A DNA stretch of 64,000 nucleotides. It comes from a virus (lineage: Duplodnaviria > Caudoviricetes). Both the position numbers and the translations under genes were made by a program. Where the stretch lies: positions 23,452 through 87,451 of the IMG/VR virus record IMGVR_UViG_2871875081_000002. One strand, 5' to 3'. Below are positions 20,401 to 29,805 of the stretch, one piece after another (within the stretch, counting starts at the first letter, position 1; each line of letters begins with the position of its first letter). The notes under the pieces are model-generated. The model was not told where the DNA came from, did not search any database, and saw only the letters and a list, made by a program, of their open reading frames with translations.

Positions 20401-23400
20401 AGTGAGATCCGAGTCATCGTTCCTGAATACGAGATGAATGACAGCCTCAAATCTATCAGCCGCAAGCATTCGCTTCAATGCGTCTGATGCAAAAGGATAG
20501 TCTTTCTGAACCTGAGCCGCAGCATCCTTCATCATGTTTGAAACCTGAACCTTCTCTGCATCTGTCAATTCCTGGTTGTTGCGAATCTTGTCACCAATCC
20601 AAGGAAACGAAGTGTTTACTGCGTTATCGAGAGCATCCTTGAATTTATTCTCGTAGAAGCCAGTCTCAACACCCATCGCATTAAGAACGTCAGCACGGAA
20701 CTGATCAGAAACATCCTGGTTCCATCCCTGCTTTGCAAAGAATGACGAAAGAATCTGGTTAGCCTTACCCTGCAACTCCGGGCTGTTGCTAATATCTCCA
20801 AGCTCATCAATGAGATAATCGCGCATGGCTTTCACCTCATTCTTGTATTTTTCTTCCCAGGAGTTGAAGCTAGCAAAGTCGGATTGGGTGGCATTAATCA
20901 TATTCGCCTTTGCGGATGCCGAAGAGAACGCTTCTGCTATCTCCTTTGCAGAAGACAGTTTCTCGTCGAATCCCTTATAGGTATCCTCGTTAGAAAGAGA
21001 TTTCTGAGTGCTCTCCTCAACCTGTTTGAGAAGGATGAGCTGTTCTTTGAGATACTTAAGTCTATCCTCATTCGATTTCTTTTCGAGAAGGCTCATTGTG
21101 AAAGCATTTTCCTTTTCAGGAGCAATCTCCTTTAGCTTTTCCTTATATGCGTCAATAAGGTTTTCTATCTCTTTCTCGTCGCCATCCTTAATGGCTTTAT
21201 CCGCATCGTTATCGCGAAGAAACTCGCCAATCTTAGTGTATCTGTCTTTCAGTTCGTCAGCAGTAGTCTCCATGTCTTGCTTCAGCTGCTGATGCTTCTG
21301 CCAGTAGTATGCAAAGATTGCAGATCCGGCAGAGATAGCGATTCCAGGAAGACCGCCAAGAAAACCGATGATAGAACTAAATCCGGACTTCAAGCCTCCG
21401 AGAAGCAAACCTCCTGCTGCTCCCCATTTGCTAGGGCTAGCCAATCCCTTCAGAACTCCACCAAGGGAGATTCTGTTTACCTGCCCCTCCTGCTTTGTGA
21501 GAGCCATACCTTGCTTGTACATCTCCTTGGTTATCTGTCCGGTAACATACAAGCGTCTTAGCTCAGCTTTTGTTATCGCATTTGCCTTTGCGAGTGCCTG
21601 GATATCCTGAATCCGAATCTGATTTTTATACTGAAGAATCTGTTTCTCCACGGGAGTTATTTTTTCTCCACGCAAAAGCTTGAGTTCAGCTTCTTTCGCA
21701 ATATTTCCCTTTGAGTTCAGTATTCTTTTCCCGATTCCGCCCTCCAAGGTCTTTACTCCACGCATAAGAGCAGGTCCGGCGAATGCTGCAACCATAGCAG
21801 GACCTAAGACGTGAATCTGCTGCACGAGATTGGTAACAACATCAAGAATACCCTTGAAAGTTCCACCTATAATATTCTTGCCGTTAGCAAAGTCGGCAAG
21901 CATGATTTCCCAGGCATCTTTCAGCTTGTTATATCGTCCGAGCAGAGTCTCACTCAGAACCTGCTGCATATTATAGAACTGACCACCTGCATCAGTCATC
22001 TGCCAGAAGATAGACTTTACGTCATCAAAGCTAACATCTCGGCTTGAAATTCTGGTCTTAATCTCTGATGTTGAGACATTTCGACCCTCTTGCTTAGAGT
22101 AGAACTCTGATAACTTTTCAAGCAGAGGAATACCGGCATAGGCAATCTGACGAAGTTCCTTACCATCGAGCCAGCCACGAGCCTGTACCTGACCAAACGC
22201 CAATGCGATACGGTCAAAGCTAACACCAAGACCGGAAGACATATCTGCAAGCCTCTTGGTTGTGTCATAGAGCTGGTCGTACTCAACTCCATACGCAGCC
22301 AACTGCTTAACGTCTCGGTTCAATTCAGAGAACGTAAATGGCGAATTAAGAGCAAGTTCCTTAATCTGATTGAACATTGTATTCGCATTCTGCATGTCAC
22401 CAAGGATTGACTGGAGAGCAATATGCTGCTTCTCCATCTCACCACCAGTAGTGATGATGCTCATAGCGAACTGCTGTGCGCCGAACACAAGACCTCCCTG
22501 CAAGAAAAGTGACTTCAAATCCTGTACGGTTGAGTTCAACTTTCCTGCATGACTGTTAGCTTTCTCGAAGCCGCGAACCAGTTGAGATTGAATCTTAGCT
22601 CCTGAGTCAACGATTGCCTGCTGACGCTTCTGTTCAAGCTCAACACCTCTTTGAATTTCTCGGTTTATTGCCTTCTGGTCTTGAAGAACCCTTGATGCCA
22701 ATGTGGTATCGTGACCGCTACCGATATTACCAAGCATACCAAGGCTATCTTTCCAATTTTCAGAATTAAGCCTATCCTTGATAGTTCTGAGACCTCTCAT
22801 TATGGAAATGAGCCTATTAATCTCTGCTTCTGCCTTACTTACATCTGCTCCGATGGTAATTCCTCTGCTGTATTCAGAACGAAGCTGGCGAACCTTATTT
22901 CCAAGAGAGTCGTATCGGCGTTCTGTGTTCTTCAAATCATTCTGGCGTTGCCTCTCTGCCTCTTTTGCCTCGCGTGCTGCGTCCTTTATAACCTTTGCAT
23001 AAGTATTTGCTTTATCTATAGCATTAAGATACCCGGAACTCTTTACGACATCAGTTGCTGTGAGTCCTGTGATAGGATGAATACCTCTGTTATTCCTGAT
23101 CTGTTCTAACTCAGTTCTGTATTTAGACAGCTCTGACAACGACTGACGTATGTTGTTCGTTGAATCGACGCCAAACATCTGTATTCCTTCACCATGGCGT
23201 TTGTTGATTTCGTCAATAATAGAAGATAACTTATAAAGTTCTCTCTCTGCCTTGTTAGCCTCAGTTGCAACGCTGTTAGGAAATATGTTGAATCCAGCAC
23301 CTTCCTTAGACACCTCTCCGAGTATGCGGCCTATTTTGTATAACCCGTCCTGGACAGACTCCAACTGCTGGAGTTTTTTGGGACTAAAGAAATCTTCGCT

Positions 23401-23640
23401 TGAAAATACACCAATGTTACGATGTAATTCTTTAACGAAGTTGTTTAGCTTTTCAAAACTACGACCTCCCTTATCTCCAAGACCTTTTGTCGCTTCGGAT
23501 ATTGCTTCCAAAGCATTCTGTGCCTGCTTACCAGTAGCATCAATCTTGTTTAATTCTTTGGTAATCTTTTTGGTTTCCTCTTCAATTCTCGATTTAAGAG
23601 TGAGCGAGAAACTGAGGTCTCCCATATTTCCACCTGCCAT
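17458..23640 (-). CDS. Tail tape measure protein
   Basis: 2060 aa, helical, with tape-measure motif GGEMEKQHIALQSILG...NSPFTFSEL...KQLAAYG. Confidence 0.93.
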   Translation of the reverse strand: MAGGNMGDLSFSLTLKSRIEEETKKITKELNKIDATGKQAQNALEAISEATKGLGDKGGRSFEKLNNFVKELHRNIGVFSSEDFFSPKKLQQLESVQDGLYKIGRILGEVSKEGAGFNIFPNSVATEANKAERELYKLSSIIDEINKRHGEGIQMFGVDSTNNIRQSLSELSKYRTELEQIRNNRGIHPITGLTATDVVKSSGYLNAIDKANTYAKVIKDAAREAKEAERQRQNDLKNTERRYDSLGNKVRQLRSEYSRGITIGADVSKAEAEINRLISIMRGLRTIKDRLNSENWKDSLGMLGNIGSGHDTTLASRVLQDQKAINREIQRGVELEQKRQQAIVDSGAKIQSQLVRGFEKANSHAGKLNSTVQDLKSLFLQGGLVFGAQQFAMSIITTGGEMEKQHIALQSILGDMQNANTMFNQIKELALNSPFTFSELNRDVKQLAAYGVEYDQLYDTTKRLADMSSGLGVSFDRIALAFGQVQARGWLDGKELRQIAYAGIPLLEKLSEFYSKQEGRNVSTSEIKTRISSRDVSFDDVKSIFWQMTDAGGQFYNMQQVLSETLLGRYNKLKDAWEIMLADFANGKNIIGGTFKGILDVVTNLVQQIHVLGPAMVAAFAGPALMRGVKTLEGGIGKRILNSKGNIAKEAELKLLRGEKITPVEKQILQYKNQIRIQDIQALAKANAITKAELRRLYVTGQITKEMYKQGMALTKQEGQVNRISLGGVLKGLASPSKWGAAGGLLLGGLKSGFSSIIGFLGGLPGIAISAGSAIFAYYWQKHQQLKQDMETTADELKDRYTKIGEFLRDNDADKAIKDGDEKEIENLIDAYKEKLKEIAPEKENAFTMSLLEKKSNEDRLKYLKEQLILLKQVEESTQKSLSNEDTYKGFDEKLSSAKEIAEAFSSASAKANMINATQSDFASFNSWEEKYKNEVKAMRDYLIDELGDISNSPELQGKANQILSSFFAKQGWNQDVSDQFRADVLNAMGVETGFYENKFKDALDNAVNTSFPWIGDKIRNNQELTDAEKVQVSNMMKDAAAQVQKDYPFASDALKRMLAADRFEAVIHLVFRNDDSDLTQQLEKNLKGSGYDYHEKNKYVKSWGKDAGDDYDKAKSNAESDITAAKKELNTRKKMLALGNLSLDEFTQKQKEYELKMQAYHDNWGEWFTGDDKKKNKKTGGRRPKGAQTDKALEDLRKRIDLYKKMYAEIKKFKELYGEGALGQLANDGEFEAIFGDKKRFPISDYTNYETSIKELLKTLPASTRERLDYAANEKAGIQTENRKLLEDQRRDELNVLNKQLDVISEQYDTYKKIYELTGNKKGSENIAFGGTVQFDTYKKFLEEQLDIAVKHDNVQSGLNFTTDEVKEMSLENVKDKYGEETRVYDIRKKLEDENNKIKKETIDLMASLIEKNATIAQQIEDENRKYERQLDLIKGIEDPQMRDRAKAGATKTHNENLAKLQFEQFKQESDWVAIFDDLDRVSSATINSMIEKIDQFSMTTGLSVESIKQLRDALDKLRNEQISRNPFPSVFGGVKRGNAIGKFINEHLGGMNDTAKIFVSKEDASRLGIAGGVRTKASLKNDQQSAYADSSKAISELATKMQALNTVLDPVINLFKAMGEEDSILGQIVGGASGAFSSAASTAGAFDTLSKMKGLGFLEGAGPYAAAASAALSIGGSLIKAFGADYSSYEKAKAEYDNLTSIWDSLISKKTEYMNIHWGTEATEASKEAQEMLKAEIEQTKVIAQKRLNAGASAGSHSIKYRMWKGSYKYNGQNWRDVAGEISSKYGVQFNGMEDMLNMDSDTLSKIKKDYTGLWASMDSEFRDYLEKLIQYGEKADDMIEALTEKLTGNKFSDLVSSWGDAMATMANSSDNLVEHFEDNLKKTILNSMIENIYGDKIKALLKKTQEYAENGDKIKDSNGNVISEYTGAEYSDVKNSTDELSKQIEATRDYLKKTYGWSDNSSSSSRNSIKSITEETGDLIASYLNAIRLDCSVMREEQAKYYPEMSEIAKSQLIQLNAIARNTLRNADAAERIESIFVEYNDNFNRVLNGTKSLKMK

Positions 23641-23658
23641 ATCCTGAATATTTTTAAA

Positions 23659-24063
23659 TTAGAGTTTATTGTTTAAGTAATCTGCAAGACTTATCTTCTT
23701 GCCAACGAGGCTTCCCTCATTCTTCTTTTTCTCCACCCACCTGTCGTAGAGGTCATCCATCTCCTTCTTGGTGTGCTTCTTCGGACCACCTTCCTTCTTG
23801 GTCTTAGGATAGACGACAAGAGGCTGGTCTGCAACCATGAGGTCAATCTGTGCCGATGAATAGCCCCACCAGTAGTCGTAGGCTGCGATGAAGTACTTGC
23901 GCTGAAAGAGGAAACCGAACTTCTCTGCTAGTGAGAAGGCTGCTCCCCAGCTTGTTCTGCTTGGATAGCTTTTGCTTCGCTCCTCGTCATCGTCATCATC
24001 ACGTCCGTCATCCCGGTCGCTAATATGGTAGCCAGTGAGAATGCGTTCGATGGAATTTTTTTT
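23659..24063 (-). CDS. -1 frame extension of the tail assembly chaperone (G-T type fusion)
   Basis: ATG-less frame opens exactly at the A10 run (24056-24065 on the minus strand) and stays open 134 codons to TAA at 23659-23661. Confidence 0.65.
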   Translation of the reverse strand, partial: KKNSIERILTGYHISDRDDGRDDDDDEERSKSYPSRTSWGAAFSLAEKFGFLFQRKYFIAAYDYWWGYSSAQIDLMVADQPLVVYPKTKKEGGPKKHTKKEMDDLYDRWVEKKKNEGSLVGKKISLADYLNNKL

Positions 24064-24386
24064 TTAGAAACATCGAGAACTCTCAGAACCTCGGCCACGT
24101 CCACATCATTGATGTAGTAGAGCCAGCGCCAGTAGATCCAATACAGGAATCGAATCTTCCAGATGTTGTTGAGGAGAATGCAGACACAAATCTTGACGTT
24201 GCGCTTCCATTCGTTCTTCTCCTTTGCCCTGATGTGGGAACACCTGCTCATGGTTCCCTTGCGAAGCCAGCCGATCTTGTGCTTCTTTCCACGGAACACG
24301 AACTCGGTAGGCTCGTCGTGCAGTACGCTGTCAAGCAACTCCTGCAAGTCCACTGAAGGCTGCTCTATTTTCTTTTCTTCTGCCAT
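23928..24386 (-). CDS. Tail assembly chaperone
   Basis: 152 aa between major tail protein and tape measure; contains a slippery A10 run. Confidence 0.75.
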   Translation of the reverse strand: MAEEKKIEQPSVDLQELLDSVLHDEPTEFVFRGKKHKIGWLRKGTMSRCSHIRAKEKNEWKRNVKICVCILLNNIWKIRFLYWIYWRWLYYINDVDVAEVLRVLDVSKKKIPSNAFSLATILATGMTDVMMTMTRSEAKAIQAEQAGEQPSH

Positions 24387-24400
24387 GATTGTATGCTATT

Positions 24401-24447
24401 AAATGAAGAAGGGCGGCACGGCTGTTGATTAGCCTGCCGCCCAACGG
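24401..24447 (-). terminator. Hairpin/terminator after major tail gene
   Basis: Minus strand GGGCGGCA-GGCT...AGCC-g-TGCCGCCC followed by TTCTTCATTT. Confidence 0.6.
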
Positions 24448-24490
24448 TTTGTTATCCTGAATCTAATTACCTAAAGAAGCCTTTACTTGA

Positions 24491-25102
24491 TTAACCGCCA
24501 ATGCCTGGTTCACCAGCAGCTGGAGCCTTAGTAAGCCAAGCGATGCTGCGCTTACCTGCACCCTCGATAGAACCTGAGAACTTAAACGCAACTGGCTCAG
24601 TACCGGAGTTGTCCCACTGCAATGTAGCGTAGAGAGCGATGTTGGTAATAACCATGAGGTTCTTCTTCTCGTCGTCAACAATAACGATAGTACCCTTGAT
24701 CTTGAACTTCTTAGGCTCAACAGCGATACCTGTAAAGCCGGTAGTAGCGTCGAGGGTAGCGTCACCTGTACCCTTCAGAGTAACCTTGGTCAGCTCTGTG
24801 ATAGCATCCTCGCCGAACATAATTGTCAGCAAGTCCTTTGTCTTTGAAGGAACAACGAACTCTACATTGAAGTCGCCGAGCTCAGCTGTGGTTGCCCAGT
24901 CGCCTGCAAGACCGATAACCTTGTAGTGGTTGATGGTTGGGTCATCCATAGTCGCCTTCAGCGAGTCAACGGCAACCGGAAGCTCAACCTCTGGGGTGAT
25001 GTCAACTGTAGCCTTGCTCAAATCGGTAATAGCCTTTGAGTAGAGCAGAGTTTTAGGACCATTGAAAATGTCCTTCATCTTGTCAATAGTTGTCATAGCC
25101 AT
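24491..25102 (-). CDS. Major tail tube protein
   Basis: 203 aa, beta-rich; canonical position before chaperone and tape measure. Confidence 0.75.
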   Translation of the reverse strand: MAMTTIDKMKDIFNGPKTLLYSKAITDLSKATVDITPEVELPVAVDSLKATMDDPTINHYKVIGLAGDWATTAELGDFNVEFVVPSKTKDLLTIMFGEDAITELTKVTLKGTGDATLDATTGFTGIAVEPKKFKIKGTIVIVDDEKKNLMVITNIALYATLQWDNSGTEPVAFKFSGSIEGAGKRSIAWLTKAPAAGEPGIGG

Positions 25103-25137
25103 AATCTAAAATATTTTAAATTGTTATACCTGAATAC

Positions 25138-25545
25138 TTATTTCGTACGTAACCTTCCCTGTATGATCGTCACGGAAAAACCGGCGCCATCGTCTGTTTG
25201 TAGTGTTATACGAGGATTTGAAACAATGAGATTTTTTGTAGAGATTGGAAATCTGTCCATAATCTCCTGGATTTTCTCGTCAACGCTAGAAACATCAAAT
25301 GTGTTTGGATTTCTTGCAGAAGCTTTATCGCGCACATACAATTCGATTTGAGCTGTAGTGGTGAAATCGTTGTAAACTCCACTTGAGTTCATCTCATTGT
25401 TATAGATACTAGATGGGAAGTATACCACGATATAGCTGTTGATTTTCGTATCAACTGCCTTTGGCCGGCTCCGGGAGTAGAGCTTGTCGCAAATTCCCTT
25501 CATTGCATTACCGACATCGAAATATAGAGTCTTAATACTAACCAT
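25138..25545 (-). CDS. Putative tail terminator/completion protein
   Basis: 135 aa; position in neck module. Confidence 0.55.
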   Translation of the reverse strand: MVSIKTLYFDVGNAMKGICDKLYSRSRPKAVDTKINSYIVVYFPSSIYNNEMNSSGVYNDFTTTAQIELYVRDKASARNPNTFDVSSVDEKIQEIMDRFPISTKNLIVSNPRITLQTDDGAGFSVTIIQGRLRTK

Positions 25546-25548
25546 ATC

Positions 25549-26082
25549 TTACATCGTTCTAAAGTATCTAACCAAATATTCTCTAAGAGAGGTAATCACG
25601 TCGTGACCTCTCTTAACCTCGACAAACTTAGCGTAATCCACACCGGCAACAAGGAGCATCTGCCATGTGGCATCGTACTTTCCTTTGTTGTGCTCCCTGG
25701 AAACAAGTTCATCCCACGCCGCGTTTGGACCATATTCACCACCTTCTCCGTATTCACCCTTGTAAGGTCTCCTTCCGCTGTCCTTGAAGGAGAACGAACT
25801 GCGATAATACTTATCGAGGTTGTATCTCTCTCCAGCAGCAAGGGTTACTCGGGTTGGCTCTGGGCCAGGTGCGTAATGAATCGACTGCAATGAGCCGTTG
25901 TAATATGTACCGATGGCTGTTGACTTGTACAAGTTACCGGTTACGTCATCATAGTTTCGAGACTTGTCAGCAGCCTTCATTGTCATTTCAGCCGCATGGT
26001 CCATCTTCTGCTGCATCTTTGCTACAGCCATCTGACGGATTTTCTTCTCGACCTGTAAAAACTGACCTGATAAACTTGTCAT
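25549..26082 (-). CDS. Putative neck/tail-completion protein (HK97 gp10-like position)
   Basis: 177 aa with VTGNLYKS...Y and YAKFVE motifs. Confidence 0.55.
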   Translation of the reverse strand: MTSLSGQFLQVEKKIRQMAVAKMQQKMDHAAEMTMKAADKSRNYDDVTGNLYKSTAIGTYYNGSLQSIHYAPGPEPTRVTLAAGERYNLDKYYRSSFSFKDSGRRPYKGEYGEGGEYGPNAAWDELVSREHNKGKYDATWQMLLVAGVDYAKFVEVKRGHDVITSLREYLVRYFRTM

Positions 26083-26085
26083 AAT

Positions 26086-26463
26086 CTAAACCCTTGTCAA
26101 ATTCCAATATACAACAGTCCTGTTATTATCCGGTTCGCAGTCCTTAACCATACCTACCTCGGTGTTGTTGCCGACAGTGGAGTAGATGATGTCGCCGTCA
26201 AGAGGACATCTTTCAGCATCCCATTCGTCATATCTGACAGGAATCGATGCCTTCCTCTTGTTCTGGTCGACGTTCTTGTCTCCCTCTGTAGTGGTATCGG
26301 TGTAGCTGCGGCCTTCGCCATAGTAGAGAATGATTTCCTTGTCCTCACCAACTGGAGCATCATCATCGGCAAACGGGTCATCAGGGTCGGCTTTTCCGAC
26401 GACCTTCCTCACGATCTTGATGATGTGAGGGTATCTTGGGTTTCTGATGTTTTCCTTTTCCAT
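26086..26463 (-). CDS. Putative head closure protein
   Basis: Likely start MEKENIRNPRYPH at 26463; position after the adaptor. Confidence 0.55.
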   Translation of the reverse strand: MEKENIRNPRYPHIIKIVRKVVGKADPDDPFADDDAPVGEDKEIILYYGEGRSYTDTTTEGDKNVDQNKRKASIPVRYDEWDAERCPLDGDIIYSTVGNNTEVGMVKDCEPDNNRTVVYWNLTRV

Positions 26464-26468
26464 ACGCC

Positions 26469-26903
26469 TTATTTGATGATGTGAGGGAGAGGTTCTCCCC
26501 AAGGAGAATAATTCGCCCTCTTTACTCCGTGGGAGGTCACCCGGAAGGTGGACTTCTTCTTGAGCATCGAATCAGGCTCCAGCTCCGCATAGATAGCGTT
26601 AGCCTCTGCCTTCATCTCGCTCCTGTCGTTGTCCGACATATCATAGCCACCTCCCGAATGAGTCCATCCGTTATCGGAATCGGAGGTATTGTTCACCTTG
26701 CTCGGACCAAGAACAAACCATTTCAGCATGTCGGCATAGGCAAGTCTCACCTTGTCCTTGTCGCAGGCTTCGAGGTCGATGCCGTTTTCAAGCTCCCTGT
26801 CGTGCATGATGCCCAACAGAGCCTTTATCGGCATCTCGAACTTCACCTTATTAATAAGGTAGTCGTTCACAGTGTAAATGTTCATCTCCGAATCCATAGT
26901 CAT
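26469..26903 (-). CDS. Putative head-tail adaptor
   Basis: 144 aa directly after the capsid gene. Confidence 0.55.
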   Translation of the reverse strand: MTMDSEMNIYTVNDYLINKVKFEMPIKALLGIMHDRELENGIDLEACDKDKVRLAYADMLKWFVLGPSKVNNTSDSDNGWTHSGGGYDMSDNDRSEMKAEANAIYAELEPDSMLKKKSTFRVTSHGVKRANYSPWGEPLPHIIK

Positions 26904-26925
26904 ACAATCTAGTTACGTTAAAGAA

Positions 26926-28107
26926 TTAACCCTTCTGGGTGATGTCGATAATCCAACGGTAAGGAGCATCGAGCATAGCAGGAACAGAAGCGAGGAACAA
27001 GTCTGTCTTGAACTCCTGGAACATACCGTTTGCGGTAACCATGTTACGGAGCAGACCGAGACCGTTGTTTGTCTGTGCCCAAGCTACATCCACGAGCTTA
27101 TTGCCGAGAGTATCGAAGATTCGCTTGTCGAGAATCTCCTTGCGCATAAAACGCAATGGCTTACCAGCAGGGCGAAGAACGACTGTTCCGTCTGCCCAAC
27201 CACGAATCTCGGTAACTGTTCCGTCGAAGCGCTTGTTGTGCTCAACCTCATCGACAATCTCGATAGGAGAAAGGCCATTGAGGTCAACAACAGACTTCAG
27301 GAACATTGCGTTGTTCGGACCGTAGTTCTGCAATACTGCCACAAAGTTAGCGTTCGCCCAGCTCTTGTACAGCTCGGCAATCTGCTTGTTCTTCAAGAAT
27401 ACGTTGTTGTAGTCGTTCTTGGTCATCTGCCATACGAGAGGTACATTGCGGTACTCAATATGACTGTTGCGCCAATCCTCCTCAAACTTACGCATCTGTT
27501 CGAGCAAGTCGCAGTCCGCGTCGTTCCAAGCAAGCTTACCTGCCTTCTTGAAGTTCTCAACTGGAACCTTTGCGTCATACAGAGGCTCCTGGATACCGCG
27601 ACCGATCTTGTCGTAGTCGATAACACCCTTAGAACTCAACTGTGCTGACATGTAGGTCATGGTCATGTCAAGAGAGTCATACAATACCTGAACCTTGTCG
27701 AGATAAGCATCAACCAGGTCTGCATCGTTGCCGAACTCATCCTGGAGAAGCTTCATCTTGTGATAACGCTCTGTCGCAGTCTCACGGAAGCCGTCAGCAG
27801 CGAAGTCTGGGATTGAAGCGGTATACCACTCAATACCCTCGTGGTCGTTCTGATAGCCCTCGCCGAGAGGAGCACGGAGGTTCATCAAGGTTGCAGGGTT
27901 CAAAGTGCGAAGACGAACCTTGAAGGTTGCGTCGCCATTATTAGATGTAGGGGTGAGGTTTGGATCAATGTCACCCTGTGTCAGATACCAGCCGTTGTTA
28001 CAGCGCAATACGCCGTCACGATTGACGAACTTCTGAAGGTAAGTATTGTTACCCTTACCAGTGAAGAACTTCGCAAGCTGCTCGACACCAATATCAATTT
28101 TTGCCAT
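26926..28107 (-). CDS. Major capsid protein
   Basis: 393 aa; size and position after scaffold and decoration genes. Confidence 0.8.
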   Translation of the reverse strand: MAKIDIGVEQLAKFFTGKGNNTYLQKFVNRDGVLRCNNGWYLTQGDIDPNLTPTSNNGDATFKVRLRTLNPATLMNLRAPLGEGYQNDHEGIEWYTASIPDFAADGFRETATERYHKMKLLQDEFGNDADLVDAYLDKVQVLYDSLDMTMTYMSAQLSSKGVIDYDKIGRGIQEPLYDAKVPVENFKKAGKLAWNDADCDLLEQMRKFEEDWRNSHIEYRNVPLVWQMTKNDYNNVFLKNKQIAELYKSWANANFVAVLQNYGPNNAMFLKSVVDLNGLSPIEIVDEVEHNKRFDGTVTEIRGWADGTVVLRPAGKPLRFMRKEILDKRIFDTLGNKLVDVAWAQTNNGLGLLRNMVTANGMFQEFKTDLFLASVPAMLDAPYRWIIDITQKG

Positions 28108-28142
28108 AATCCTGAATCAATCTTTTTACGTTAGACAATAGG

Positions 28143-28916
28143 TTAAATGTGCCAGAACTCTGGGTAGAGTGACTTGTTCATCGCCTTGACAGCAGGAGGA
28201 ACAGGACCCATACGGTCAAGCCACATAACGCAGTCTGGATTCAACATACAGAAGTTGTTGTTGTTGCGAGGCTGATGATACTTGTCTCCGCCGGCATTGA
28301 AATAAGGAAAATCGTTGTCGCTCGGAGCGAAGCAGTTAGGGTTAGTCACCATCGGCAATACCGAAGCACCTGCGCCAGCAGCCTCAACCAGTACGTCACC
28401 GACCTTCAATGCGCCGAGAGCAGCAGATAGTGTAAGTTTCCAAACATCACCTGCTGTGGCATCGGTTGTCGCCTCAACAGCAGAAACAGTCACACCCTTT
28501 GCCTTAGTCTTGAAGTCCTTCTGGCCGATCATGATGTTGTCGCCTGGGAATGGAATGTGAACGAATCCGTTGCGAACGATGTAGATTTCTGTATCGGTCT
28601 CAGCGGTTGTAGCCTTTGCTACACCGTAAGCCTTCAGAATCTTGAATGTTGCACCAGGACCCTCGTTGCCAGCTGTAAAACCAAGGTCGTGCTCAATCAA
28701 GTCACCGGCATAAATCTTAGCCTGACCCTTGAACGGATTGACGAGCTTACCACCAATAGGTGGGTGAACGAAGGCATTCTTAATGAGCGCCTCAAGACCG
28801 GCAAACACATATCGGGTTCCGCCGACCTTACCTTCTGTCTGAATGATGGTCGCACCGTGGTTCAGCATGCCACGAGTACCCATCTGTTCCATGTAGGAAA
28901 TAGAAGTGTTGTCCAT
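28143..28916 (-). CDS. Putative head decoration protein
   Basis: 257 aa, Ala/Gly/Thr-rich, between scaffold and capsid. Confidence 0.55.
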   Translation of the reverse strand: MDNTSISYMEQMGTRGMLNHGATIIQTEGKVGGTRYVFAGLEALIKNAFVHPPIGGKLVNPFKGQAKIYAGDLIEHDLGFTAGNEGPGATFKILKAYGVAKATTAETDTEIYIVRNGFVHIPFPGDNIMIGQKDFKTKAKGVTVSAVEATTDATAGDVWKLTLSAALGALKVGDVLVEAAGAGASVLPMVTNPNCFAPSDNDFPYFNAGGDKYHQPRNNNNFCMLNPDCVMWLDRMGPVPPAVKAMNKSLYPEFWHI

Positions 28917-28951
28917 AATCTTTTTACCTTTTTAAAATTGTTATCCTGAAA

Positions 28952-29659
28952 TTACTTCTTGTCTCCACCGCCGAATCTCTTCTTTCGACGCTCGGCCACT
29001 TCTTCCATAAACTTGTCATCATCTGTGGACGTGCCTCCGCTAGACGTGCGACTGCCTTTTGCAGGAATACCGTTTTCACCGGTAGCCTCCTTGTACTCTG
29101 CGGTGTAGATTTTCTCAGCCTTAGAAACCAGGTCGTCGATGTCGACATCTTCGTCCGGAATCTCCAGCTTTGCGATTGCAGCATTGAGGAAGTAGTTCTT
29201 CATTTCAAGGTTTGCCTTGTCGAACTTATCCTTCAAACCTGCCTTTACAGACTCGATGGTTGCCTTCCTTGCAGCCTTCTTGTCTCTTTCTGCGTTAGCT
29301 TCCTTGAGGGCTTTGATTTCTTTGAGAAGCTCGTTGTATTTGTCGTCAGGATCGCCATTCTTGGCGGCCTCCTTACGCTTGCGCTCCTCTTCCTCTTCCT
29401 TCTTCTTGCGTTCAGCCTCCTCCTTGCTCTTCTTTACCTCGTCAGAGATATTCTTGTGCAAGTTGCCGTTGATACGCTTCAGACGGTTTGCTAACTTGGT
29501 AACTAACTTGGTAACCAACTTGGAATTTGCTTCCTCGTCATCACCGAAATCTTCCAAAACATCATCAAGTTCCTCATCGATGGTCTTTTGGCTAAGTTCT
29601 TTGAACTTGGTGGTATCAACCTCCTTGTTCACTAATGCTAAGAGTTCCTCTCTTGTCAT
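28952..29659 (-). CDS. Putative capsid scaffolding protein
   Basis: 235 aa, highly charged coiled coil, first gene of the head operon. Confidence 0.7.
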   Translation of the reverse strand: MTREELLALVNKEVDTTKFKELSQKTIDEELDDVLEDFGDDEEANSKLVTKLVTKLANRLKRINGNLHKNISDEVKKSKEEAERKKKEEEEERKRKEAAKNGDPDDKYNELLKEIKALKEANAERDKKAARKATIESVKAGLKDKFDKANLEMKNYFLNAAIAKLEIPDEDVDIDDLVSKAEKIYTAEYKEATGENGIPAKGSRTSSGGTSTDDDKFMEEVAERRKKRFGGGDKK

Positions 29660-29736
29660 GTTGTTTTTTTGATTAAAATGTTATCCCGAAAGTGGTCCCT
29701 CCACCTCGAAAACGTATAAATATACCTTTTATTTTG

Positions 29737-29786
29737 CAAATATATGAATAAATATGCAATTATCCAAGAAAAATTGTATATTTTTG
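29737..29786. promoter_or_regulatory. Divergent -7 elements: TATATTTG on minus (29737-29744) and TATTTTTG on plus (29779-29786)
   Basis: Both match TAnnTTTG and face the scaffold and terminase genes respectively. Confidence 0.55.
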
Positions 29787-29805
29787 CAGTATTAAATGTA
29801 TATTT

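Noticed and set aside
26878-27648. 256-aa plus-strand ORF, and the many other ORFs opposite the tape measure and tail genes
   Set aside because: Antisense to structural genes with biased codon usage.
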